Source: Promethearchaeota archaeon (GTDB lineage: Archaea; Asgardarchaeota; Lokiarchaeia; Sigyniarchaeales; SOKP01). From it: a DNA stretch of 27,979 nt. Both the position numbers and the translations under genes were made by a program. The notes under the pieces were generated by a model, which was not told the origin of the DNA, did not search any database, and saw only the letters and a program-made list of their open reading frames with translations. Of the stretch, positions 8,258 to 16,496 are shown piece after piece. The number at the start of each line of letters is the position of its first letter. Position 1 is the first letter of the stretch. The stretch is from positions 1-27,979 of the forward strand of contig JAEOTP010000080.1 of assembly GCA_016839765.1 (NCBI GenBank), given 5' to 3'.

Positions 8258-9036
8258 TTAATAATTTTAAGAAACCTATTAGAATTGCGATTGTTGGTAA
8301 AGGTGGAGTTGGAAAGACTGTAATTACAGTTTTATTTACAAAAATTATTACTGAATATTATGATTACAAACTTCTATTGATTGATGCTGATCCTACTCAT
8401 CCACATTTAAGCAATATGGTTAAAGTTAAACCCAATAAATCCCTTGAGGAATTAAGAATTGAGGCTGTAAAGAAGGCGCACAACGGAAGAGAATCTGCTC
8501 AAAAACTTGCTGAGAGAATAGATTTTGATGTGTATGAAGGGATGGCTGAAAGTAAAAATTTTTGCTTGTTTTCAATTGGTCAACCAGAAGGTCCTGGATG
8601 CTTTTGTCCATCTAATATTCTTCTGAGAAAAGTGATCGAGTCAATATCTAAAGATTTTGATATTATCTTAATAGATGGTGAAGCTGGACTTGAACAAATT
8701 AATCGGATGGTGTTAAAATCTATTGATATCCTTATAATTATAACAGATTTGTCTCTAAGAAGCATTGAAACCGCAAACTCTATAAGAAATCAAGCTAAAA
8801 AGTATACAAATTATAAAAATTTAGGTGTTCTAATCAATAAGGCTAAAGGAAATATTGATATCATTGCTAACAAGCTAAAAGAATTAGAACTTCCTTTAAT
8901 TGGCTCAATACCAGAAGATAATATTATACTGGAATTCGATTTACAAGGAAAGCCTCTTATTGATATTCCAAAGGATTCCGTAAGTTATGAAAGCTTAAAA
9001 AATGCAATAGAAGAGCTATTCTCTTCTTTTAATTAA
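8257..9036 (+). CDS. cooC: CooC/AcsF nickel-insertion ATPase (MinD/ParA type); N-terminus extended upstream of the ORF-track start at 8377
   Basis: The open frame upstream of 8377 encodes RIAIVGKGGVGKT (Walker A). Downstream motifs are IDADP, GPGCFCP (CxC Ni site) and DGEAGLE. Probable ATT start at 8257. Confidence 0.9.
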   Translation: MNNFKKPIRIAIVGKGGVGKTVITVLFTKIITEYYDYKLLLIDADPTHPHLSNMVKVKPNKSLEELRIEAVKKAHNGRESAQKLAERIDFDVYEGMAESKNFCLFSIGQPEGPGCFCPSNILLRKVIESISKDFDIILIDGEAGLEQINRMVLKSIDILIIITDLSLRSIETANSIRNQAKKYTNYKNLGVLINKAKGNIDIIANKLKELELPLIGSIPEDNIILEFDLQGKPLIDIPKDSVSYESLKNAIEELFSSFN

Positions 9037-9523
9037 ACTGTTTCATAATTTCATTTACCCATGAAATTGCTTTCTCCTTTGATTCTTCAGGATTATTATT
9101 TAGTGGTTCACGAAAACCAATCTTTCCTATAATTTCTGTATCTTTTAATGCACTACTGAATCGTTCTAATCCTTTTGCAGTTCCTCCAGCGCTACAAGTC
9201 CAAATAGCTATTTTTTTGTCAGAAAGATCATACATAGATAAAAATGAGCGCAATGGCGGTGAGTAAGTCCAAGCCCATACTGGAGTTCCTAAAAATAATA
9301 AATCATAATCGAGAGGGTTTTTATCAATTTCATGTAATTTAGGTTTCTTTTTCATTGTTGCTTGAAACCCTCCCCACATATATTTCATTGAACTACTTGG
9401 GTTAAGCTGCTTAATTGGCTTTAGCTCTAAAATGTCAGCTTTTGTTATATCTTCAATAATTTCAGCAATGAATTGGGTATTTCCCGTAAGAGAATAGTAA
9501 ACTATTAAAATTTTTTCAATCAT
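9029..9523 (-). CDS. Flavodoxin family protein
   Basis: YYSLTGNT and YDLLFLGTPVWAW motifs. Overlaps the 3' end of cooC by 8 bp, convergently. Confidence 0.9.
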   Translation of the reverse strand: MIEKILIVYYSLTGNTQFIAEIIEDITKADILELKPIKQLNPSSSMKYMWGGFQATMKKKPKLHEIDKNPLDYDLLFLGTPVWAWTYSPPLRSFLSMYDLSDKKIAIWTCSAGGTAKGLERFSSALKDTEIIGKIGFREPLNNNPEESKEKAISWVNEIMKQFN

Positions 9524-9588
9524 TTTTGTTAATAGGCTTTTTTAAACTAAAGAATAGCACTTAAGATAAATATTTAATTAATTTCTAA

Positions 9589-9605
9589 GAAAAAGTTTTT
9601 ATATT
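9589..9605 (+). promoter_or_regulatory. Putative BRE/TATA promoter for the leader-leuS transcript
   Basis: GAAAAAG-TTTTTATA lies about 24 nt before the ATG at 9627, consistent with a leaderless start at that ATG. Confidence 0.5.
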
Positions 9606-9626
9606 AAAAAGCACGATTTCTATATA

Positions 9627-9716
9627 ATGATCTCAAATAATACTGCACCACAATCAGGCGTAAAAGCAAAATTTTCTTTAATTGATTTACTTGCAGTGTT
9701 ATTGTTATTATTATAA
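9627..9716 (+). CDS. Leucine-rich leader peptide (uORF) upstream of leuS: MISNNTAPQSGVKAKFSLIDLLAVLLLLL*
   Basis: Translated by hand: 29 codons with 8 Leu, ending TTA TTG TTA TTA TTA TAA; 132 nt upstream of the leuS ATG. Confidence 0.75.
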   Translation: MISNNTAPQSGVKAKFSLIDLLAVLLLLL

Positions 9717-9830
9717 GCGAAACCAATCCGCCTATTCTTTTTCTATTAAAATTCTCACGGATTGTTTCGCGTGGTATGGATTTTACTTGAAATAGATCAT
9801 AGGTGGGGCGTTTCTGATGATACATCAAAA
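9717..9830 (+). promoter_or_regulatory. Structured leuS leader with alternative helices (candidate attenuator)
   Basis: GCGAAACCAATCCG (9717-9730) pairs with CGGATTGTTTCGC (9758-9770). Alternatively, 9719-9747 pairs with 9791-9814. Confidence 0.65.
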
Positions 9831-9848
9831 CCAAAATAAGGAAATAGT

Positions 9849-12746
9849 ATGAAAAAAATGTATAATGCACAAGAAATTGAAAAGAAATGGCAAGATAAAT
9901 GGGAAGAAGCTAAAATATTTGAAGCTAACCCTGATACTTCGAAAATTAAGATTTTTTTCACCTCCCCGTACCCTTATGCTTCTGGAACTCTACATATAGG
10001 TCATGGAAGAAGTTTCGTGAATGGTGACATATTTGCACGGTATTATCGAGCTAAAGGATATAATGTTTTATATCCTATGGCATTTCATATAACAGGAACT
10101 CCAGTTTTAGCAGTTTCCTCATCAATCAAGAGAAATGATGTTAAAATTATCACCAGAATGAAAGAGTATGTCTCTTTACACACAAAAAATAAAAAAGAAG
10201 TGGAAAAAATTGTAGAAAGTTTTAAAGATCCTTGGAATATCGTAGGTTATTTTTCGAATACAATGAAAAAAGATTTTAAATCAATTGGAATGAGTATTGA
10301 CTGGAGGAGAGAATTTACAACTGGAGATGAGTTGTATAATAAATTAATTGAATGGCAATACTATAAATTTCATGAGAAAGGTTATTTAGAAAAAGGAGAT
10401 TACCCAATACTTTATTGTCCTCGATGTGAAAATGCAGTTGGGGAAGATGACATTGTTAGTGGTGATGAGCTTAATCTAGAGATTAATGAGTACGTTTATA
10501 TAAAATTCCCTTTCAATGATTCATACCTAGTTCCGGCTACATTAAGACCAGAAACAATTTATGGTGTTACCAATATATGGCTCAACCCAAATGGAATCTA
10601 TGTCTATGCTCGAGTGGATGGAGAAAAATGGATAATTTCTGAAGAAGCAGTCTCTCTTTTAAAAAATCAAAATAAATCCATAATTATATTGGAAAAAGTT
10701 AGGGGGAGCGATTTAATAGGTAGGAAAGCTAAATCAGTTTATGGTAATAGAGATATCTTAATTCTTCCAGGGGAATTCGTAGATACCTCTGTTGCTACTG
10801 GTGTAGTATATTCTGTCCCTGCTCATGCTCCTTATGATTATATAGCATTAGAAGATTTGAAAAATAATAAATCAATGATAAACCAATTCAACCTTAACGA
10901 ACAAGATATTAATAAGATAAAACCTATTCAAATTATTGACTTAGAAGAAGTCCGAGATATTCCTGCTAAATTCTATTGTAATAAATACAAGGTTTCGTCG
11001 CAAAATGATATTGAAAAATTAGATAAGGCTACAGCGGACAATTATAAAACTGAGTTTTATACTGGAATCTTAAACGATAAGTGCAACAATTATGAGGGTA
11101 TCCCTGTAAATAAGGCAGTAATTCAAGTAATTGAAAATCTTAGAAGCATGGATAAAGCAGATAGGTTATATATTCCAGTAACAAGAGATCTTCGATGTAG
11201 GTGTGGAGAAAATATAATAATTACTATTTTGAAAGATCAGTGGTTTCTCAATTTTAATACTGGTAACTGGAAGCAAAATGCCTTTGATTGCTTGAATATG
11301 ATGACTATTGTACCCAAGAAATATCGATTAAATTTTGAGAATGTTTTTAATTGGTTAGAAAAAAGACCATGCGCACGAAAACGAGGATTAGGTACGAAGC
11401 TACCATTTGATAAGGATTGGATAATTGAATCCTTGAGTGATTCTACAATCTATATGAGCTTCTATACCATCTCTCACCATTTAAAGCATAATAATATCAA
11501 ACCTGATCAATTAATCCCTGAATTTTTTGATTTCATATATTTAAAGAAGGGAGATAGCCAACACATTTCAAGGATAACAAAAATTAATGAGAAGCTATTG
11601 GAAAAAATGCAAGATGAATTTCACTACTGGTATCCAGTAGACCATAGACATACTGCTATAATGCATATTTCCAATCATTTAAGCTTTTATATATTCCATC
11701 ATGTTGCGATATTTCCTAATCAATTGTGGCCCAGAATCATAACTTTAATTGAACCGGTAATCATTGAAGGTCAAAAAATGGGTAAGTCAAAAGGAAATGT
11801 GAGATCTTTAGCAGATATTCAAAATAAATATTCTGCAGATTTATTTAGGTTTTACATTTCGCATAGTGCCGATTTAGGAATTAATATGGACTGGAAAGAA
11901 AAGGAAATTCAAGCCGTTAAAACCCATATTAATAGATTTTATAATTTCTTTTCTGAAAATGGTCAAGAGATTCAAGATTTAGGACTTCAGTATAAAAATA
12001 TAGAATCGAAATATGCGAAGGTAATCATTTCAAAAATAATACAGAACTTTTTAGAAGTAGATAAATCATTAAAACAGTTTAATTTACGACGCTATCTCCA
12101 ACTTTCATTTTATGAAACATTCAATTTAATTCGAGATTTAAAGAAATTTGTCGAAAGTAAAGAGGATTTCAAAATTGTCTTTAAATTGGTATATGAGGAT
12201 TGGCTTAAGGTGCTTTCATTAGCTATGCCCCATCTATGTGAAGAATTATGGGAATTTTATGGTAATAGGGGATTTATTTCTAATTCAGTTTGGAGAGATT
12301 TAAATACGGCTTACATAAATGAAGAACTTGAAATTGAATTTTACTATATTTCCAATCTTATTGATGATATATTAAGTATTAAAAAAATAATAAAATCTCA
12401 AGATTATAACGAAATATTTATATACACTGCCCCAAACTGGAAACAAGATGTTTTAAACGTGATAATTTCTAAGAAAGGAGATTTTAATATAATTATTGAT
12501 GAATTGAAACAAGAGACAGAGCTTATGAAAAATCAAGATATTATTCCCTTTATTAAACTTCAAATTAAAGATCGTATTTGGGAAAAATTATTTCCTCAAA
12601 TCAGTGAGCAAGAATTATTGAAACAATATTTGGAATATATTGAAAAGAGAGTAGATACGAAGGTTATTATAAATTCAGAATATGACCCTAAGCAAAGATC
12701 AAATAAAGCAATACCTTTTAAACCTGCTATTTACATTGATATTTGA
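9849..12746 (+). CDS. leuS: Leucine--tRNA ligase (archaeal/eukaryotic type)
   Basis: PYPYASGTLHIGH (HIGH motif), KMGKS (KMSKS variant), CP1 editing motifs ATLRPET and GVVYSVPAHAPYD, IESLSDSTIY, C-terminal AIPFKPAIY. Confidence 0.97.
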   Translation: MKKMYNAQEIEKKWQDKWEEAKIFEANPDTSKIKIFFTSPYPYASGTLHIGHGRSFVNGDIFARYYRAKGYNVLYPMAFHITGTPVLAVSSSIKRNDVKIITRMKEYVSLHTKNKKEVEKIVESFKDPWNIVGYFSNTMKKDFKSIGMSIDWRREFTTGDELYNKLIEWQYYKFHEKGYLEKGDYPILYCPRCENAVGEDDIVSGDELNLEINEYVYIKFPFNDSYLVPATLRPETIYGVTNIWLNPNGIYVYARVDGEKWIISEEAVSLLKNQNKSIIILEKVRGSDLIGRKAKSVYGNRDILILPGEFVDTSVATGVVYSVPAHAPYDYIALEDLKNNKSMINQFNLNEQDINKIKPIQIIDLEEVRDIPAKFYCNKYKVSSQNDIEKLDKATADNYKTEFYTGILNDKCNNYEGIPVNKAVIQVIENLRSMDKADRLYIPVTRDLRCRCGENIIITILKDQWFLNFNTGNWKQNAFDCLNMMTIVPKKYRLNFENVFNWLEKRPCARKRGLGTKLPFDKDWIIESLSDSTIYMSFYTISHHLKHNNIKPDQLIPEFFDFIYLKKGDSQHISRITKINEKLLEKMQDEFHYWYPVDHRHTAIMHISNHLSFYIFHHVAIFPNQLWPRIITLIEPVIIEGQKMGKSKGNVRSLADIQNKYSADLFRFYISHSADLGINMDWKEKEIQAVKTHINRFYNFFSENGQEIQDLGLQYKNIESKYAKVIISKIIQNFLEVDKSLKQFNLRRYLQLSFYETFNLIRDLKKFVESKEDFKIVFKLVYEDWLKVLSLAMPHLCEELWEFYGNRGFISNSVWRDLNTAYINEELEIEFYYISNLIDDILSIKKIIKSQDYNEIFIYTAPNWKQDVLNVIISKKGDFNIIIDELKQETELMKNQDIIPFIKLQIKDRIWEKLFPQISEQELLKQYLEYIEKRVDTKVIINSEYDPKQRSNKAIPFKPAIYIDI

Positions 12747-12866
12747 TTATAAAAAGATCTTTTAACTTTTTAAATATATTATTTTATTATAATTATGGCT
12801 AAGATATTACGTAATTTATGCATAAATTAATTTCGCTTGTAATTTATACTATTAAATCCAATATTT

Positions 12867-13769
12867 CTATTCTAGACCATAAATCTGTTTAGGTCCAAGA
12901 TATTCTGGAAATTGATCTATTAAAGCTTTACGTGCGAGATAACAACAATGACACTCATCAACATAATTATCTTCATGGTCAATATTGTAGATTTTTACTA
13001 GTTGAGCAGGACCGCCCTTTATTAAAGGACCACAAATAGGGTGAGCTTTTGGGGTATAATCTTTAATTAAAGTAGAAAGAGGTGTTTTCCAGAAATTACC
13101 TATACTTAAACCTTGACATATTTGTGCGTTGCCAAAGGGATCAACATGAATCCTTCCAAGTCCTTCTAAATCTTCATAAGGACATTCTCTCATCTCTTCC
13201 CAAGGTCTTAGTGGTAATCCTTTGGTTAAAGTTTCAACTGCTCTCCCTCGAAACATCGCACCTCCTCCAATTACGGGTTTTCCTTTTTCTTTGTTTTTAT
13301 CCATTTCAACTTCAACTTCAGGCTTATCTATCGTAATCGAAGATATTGGTAAATTTAATTCTTCAGCAGCGATCCTTGCATATTTTGATAAATTTTCCGT
13401 TATTTCTTCAAAATGAAAAAGATCGTCACTTATACTGAAATCTGAGATTTCTAATTTAGAAATTGGTTTAAGCCAGAGCTCAGCATCTTCCTTACAAGTA
13501 GCCCAGTATGAATTCGTGACCAATCCAACTTTGAAACCTCTTTCGTTCGCCAATTTAGCTCCTTCAAGCATTAATGGATAATAAAGGAAAGGTTCTCCTC
13601 CCTCAAAATATATTGATGAAACCGTCTCTATTTTAGTTGCTTCATCTAAAACTTTTTTAATTTGAGCGATAGTAAATGTGCCTTTAGAATTAGGACTACA
13701 ATATAAAAAACAGTGATCACATTCATAATTACAGGTATAAGTTAAAAGAAAATGGATTCCATTTAGCAT
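12867..13769 (-). CDS. Radical SAM protein with C-terminal auxiliary Cys motifs (SPASM/twitch-like)
   Basis: CNYECDHC, FEGGEPFL, then C...HVDPFGNAQIC...ECHCC. Confidence 0.9.
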   Translation of the reverse strand: MLNGIHFLLTYTCNYECDHCFLYCSPNSKGTFTIAQIKKVLDEATKIETVSSIYFEGGEPFLYYPLMLEGAKLANERGFKVGLVTNSYWATCKEDAELWLKPISKLEISDFSISDDLFHFEEITENLSKYARIAAEELNLPISSITIDKPEVEVEMDKNKEKGKPVIGGGAMFRGRAVETLTKGLPLRPWEEMRECPYEDLEGLGRIHVDPFGNAQICQGLSIGNFWKTPLSTLIKDYTPKAHPICGPLIKGGPAQLVKIYNIDHEDNYVDECHCCYLARKALIDQFPEYLGPKQIYGLE

Positions 13770-13956
13770 AATAATCTGGCTTTAACGATGATTTTCTAAT
13801 ATTTTAAGGTAATTTGAGATTGTATTTATTTTTTTTACTCTTTAAAGAATTTCAAAATTTTGAGTATTTATTCAATTCACGCCTCCTTAAAGAAAATTAA
13901 TTAATAAACGTCCTCCATAGAGAAATTATTATTTTTTTACTTTTTATTAATTTAAT

Positions 13957-15060
13957 TTATTTTCTTATTGCCCAGAATTTTGTTCCCCCTTCTTGTATAA
14001 ATTCCACTTTTGTAAATGGAGTTGAATCTATAAATGCTCTGAATGTTTTTTCATTATAAAAACGTGCCGAGCCTGCTTCAGAAAATTTATGAGTAATATC
14101 AAATAGTTTAAATGGTTCTCTAGGAGCAAAAGTATCGGGAACCATACTTTCGCCTACAAGTAAAATTCCATTATCATTTAACAACAAATATAAATCCTTA
14201 AAAAGTTGTCTCCTATAATTTTCGTCTGGATTCATCTCATGAAGAACTTGATTTAATATAATTAAATCAAATTTAACTTTAGTAGTGCGAGCATATTTAT
14301 TAGTGGATGTCTTAAGAATATCAATCCTTTCATTCCACTTATTTTGATCTACTAATTTTTGTGCAAATTCTATTCCATTTGGTTCAATATCGATTCCTAC
14401 AAATCGAGCTTTTTCATATTTTTTAGCCCATGTTTCAATATTAAATCCGTAACCACATCCTACTTCGAGAATGCTGCCTTGTTTATGCAAGTTTTTACAA
14501 AAATCTGTAAAAGATTTAGAGAATAATTTTTCAATTAATTTTCCAAATCTTCTGCTTCTCTCTTGTAAATCTTTCACAACATCACCAGACAATTTAAGGA
14601 GGTCCATCGCTTTACCTGTTTTAAAGTTTTTCAACATAATTTGCTGAGCTGGAGCAATATTATAAAATGCTCCAAGTGTTCCCCCAATATAAGAAATATG
14701 ATCATGATCTATTAGCAATTCATATACAAAAGGAGCAGTTTTTAGACTTTTTGTGTTCAAATCATCTATTTCAAATAAACCACATTCGAGTGCCAAATGG
14801 AGCCAAGCATCTAGGTAATTGACATCAAGATTTAACTTTTCAGCAAGCTCCTCAAGAGTAAATTTTACTACACTACATTTATTTACATTTGACACTGATT
14901 TGGTTTTTTCATAAAGATAATCAAAAATCCCTAATTTCCTACCCATTCCAATTAAAATAATAGTATTAAACCCATAAAGACAATTTATAGCAAATTTTTT
15001 GATTTGGTCTTTTATTGAAATCTCTGCTCCCTCTTGATTATTCCTTGAAATTTTTTCCAC
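13957..15060 (-). CDS. Class I SAM-dependent methyltransferase with an N-terminal wHTH/dimerisation domain
   Basis: ILEVGCGYG, VGIDI and FDLIILNQVLHE motifs; N-terminal TLEELAEKLNLD...WL. Confidence 0.9.
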   Translation of the reverse strand: MEKISRNNQEGAEISIKDQIKKFAINCLYGFNTIILIGMGRKLGIFDYLYEKTKSVSNVNKCSVVKFTLEELAEKLNLDVNYLDAWLHLALECGLFEIDDLNTKSLKTAPFVYELLIDHDHISYIGGTLGAFYNIAPAQQIMLKNFKTGKAMDLLKLSGDVVKDLQERSRRFGKLIEKLFSKSFTDFCKNLHKQGSILEVGCGYGFNIETWAKKYEKARFVGIDIEPNGIEFAQKLVDQNKWNERIDILKTSTNKYARTTKVKFDLIILNQVLHEMNPDENYRRQLFKDLYLLLNDNGILLVGESMVPDTFAPREPFKLFDITHKFSEAGSARFYNEKTFRAFIDSTPFTKVEFIQEGGTKFWAIRK

Positions 15061-15231
15061 CTTTTATTTAAACGATTTTTAATTTTTTATAATCTCTTTT
15101 TAAGGTACCTGAAATTTGATAGCTATTTAATTTTATTCGAATAATAAAACTTAAGAATTATTCGATTTTACTAAAATTTTAGTATTTTATATCCTTAAAA
15201 CAATTAAAATTTCATTAAAAAGGTAAAAATA

Positions 15232-16416
15232 ATGAGTTTAAAATTTACTGAAGAACAAGATATGATTAGAGAATCAGTTCGCGAATTTGCTCAGAGTAAA
15301 ATTGCCCCAATTGCACTTCAAATGGAAGAAACTAAGGAAATTCCAAGAGATGTCGTTAAGGGAATGGCAGAATTAGGACTTATGACATGTACGGCAGATG
15401 AAAAGTATGGTGGTCCTGGACTAGATGCTGTGAGTGCTGGTATTATAGCAGAAGAATTAGCAAAAGCTGATTGCACTGGTTCTACATGTGTCTATTACTT
15501 GGTTCCAGCATCATGGGGTTTTCTTTTAAATAAATATGGAACAGAAGAAGCAAAGCAAGAAATATTTCCAAAAACTGTCTCAGGAGAATGGTTTCTCGGA
15601 ATAGCTACAACTGAAAGTGATGCTGGTTCTGATGTAGGTGCTACTAAGACAACCATAAAACCAAATGGTGATGGATTTGTTGTGAACGGTGAAAAAATGT
15701 ATATAAGCGGTGTACGAGAGGCTGCAACGCATGGGGGAGGGCATATTACCATTGCTCATCAAACTCCTGAGCGTGGAACAAGAGGGATGACTACATTTTA
15801 TTTACCATTAACAGCGGAAGGAATTACACCTACTTATATTGACGATTTAGGTAGGGAGGGGATTTCATGTGGTGGTTTCGCTATAGATAATGTAAAAATC
15901 CCTAAACATTATATCTTAGGAGAAGAAAACAAAGGATTCTATATACTCCATGAAGGATACGAATATGCAAGGGCATTAATTTCTGTAATTTGCGCATCCG
16001 CTGGCTTGAAATCGTTAGAAAACGGAATAAATTATATTAAAGAAAGAAAGTCATTTGGAAAACCTTTAGCGCAATATCAAGAAATAAACTTTAGATTAGC
16101 TGAGCATTATACAAAATTGAATATGCTAAGGGATTTAGGTTACAAAGCTTTAAAGACTATTGATTTAGAACAAGAAGGCAAGGTAGGCAGATTCGAAACA
16201 AGCAATATTGTAGCACAAGCGAAGATGTTCTGCTCAGACTGGGCTTGCGAAGCTATAAATGATGTCATGCAATGGCAAGGTGCATTTGGATATTCACGAG
16301 AATGCCCTGATCAAGCTGCATGGAGAGCTGTTAGATCATTTTCACTTGCAGAAGGGACTAAAGAAGTAATGAAAATGATTGTGGCAAGAGAGGTACTTGG
16401 TAAGAAACAATATTAA
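15232..16416 (+). CDS. Acyl-CoA dehydrogenase
   Basis: TESDAGSD, NGEKMYI, ERKSFGKPL, GAFGY and AEGT (catalytic Glu at the MCAD-type position). Confidence 0.95.
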   Translation: MSLKFTEEQDMIRESVREFAQSKIAPIALQMEETKEIPRDVVKGMAELGLMTCTADEKYGGPGLDAVSAGIIAEELAKADCTGSTCVYYLVPASWGFLLNKYGTEEAKQEIFPKTVSGEWFLGIATTESDAGSDVGATKTTIKPNGDGFVVNGEKMYISGVREAATHGGGHITIAHQTPERGTRGMTTFYLPLTAEGITPTYIDDLGREGISCGGFAIDNVKIPKHYILGEENKGFYILHEGYEYARALISVICASAGLKSLENGINYIKERKSFGKPLAQYQEINFRLAEHYTKLNMLRDLGYKALKTIDLEQEGKVGRFETSNIVAQAKMFCSDWACEAINDVMQWQGAFGYSRECPDQAAWRAVRSFSLAEGTKEVMKMIVAREVLGKKQY

Positions 16417-16496
16417 TTTTTTTTTATATTTTTTATTTTTTCATTCTTGATATGTTTAGGAAATAATTAGATTCTAATCTAATGAAAAAAAACAAG

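Noticed and set aside
8377-8379. ORF-track start for cooC
   Set aside because: It would delete the Walker A motif encoded in-frame upstream.
9770-9812. T-box riboswitch upstream of leuS (GTGGTA and AGGTGG words)
   Set aside because: There is no UGGNACC antiterminator bulge, no recognisable Stem I motifs and no hairpin-plus-polyU terminator of the T-box type.
9604-9870. 88-aa minus-strand ORF in the ORF track
   Set aside because: It is an antisense shadow of the leader region, overlaps the leuS start and has no recognisable motif. The + strand uORF and helices explain the sequence better.
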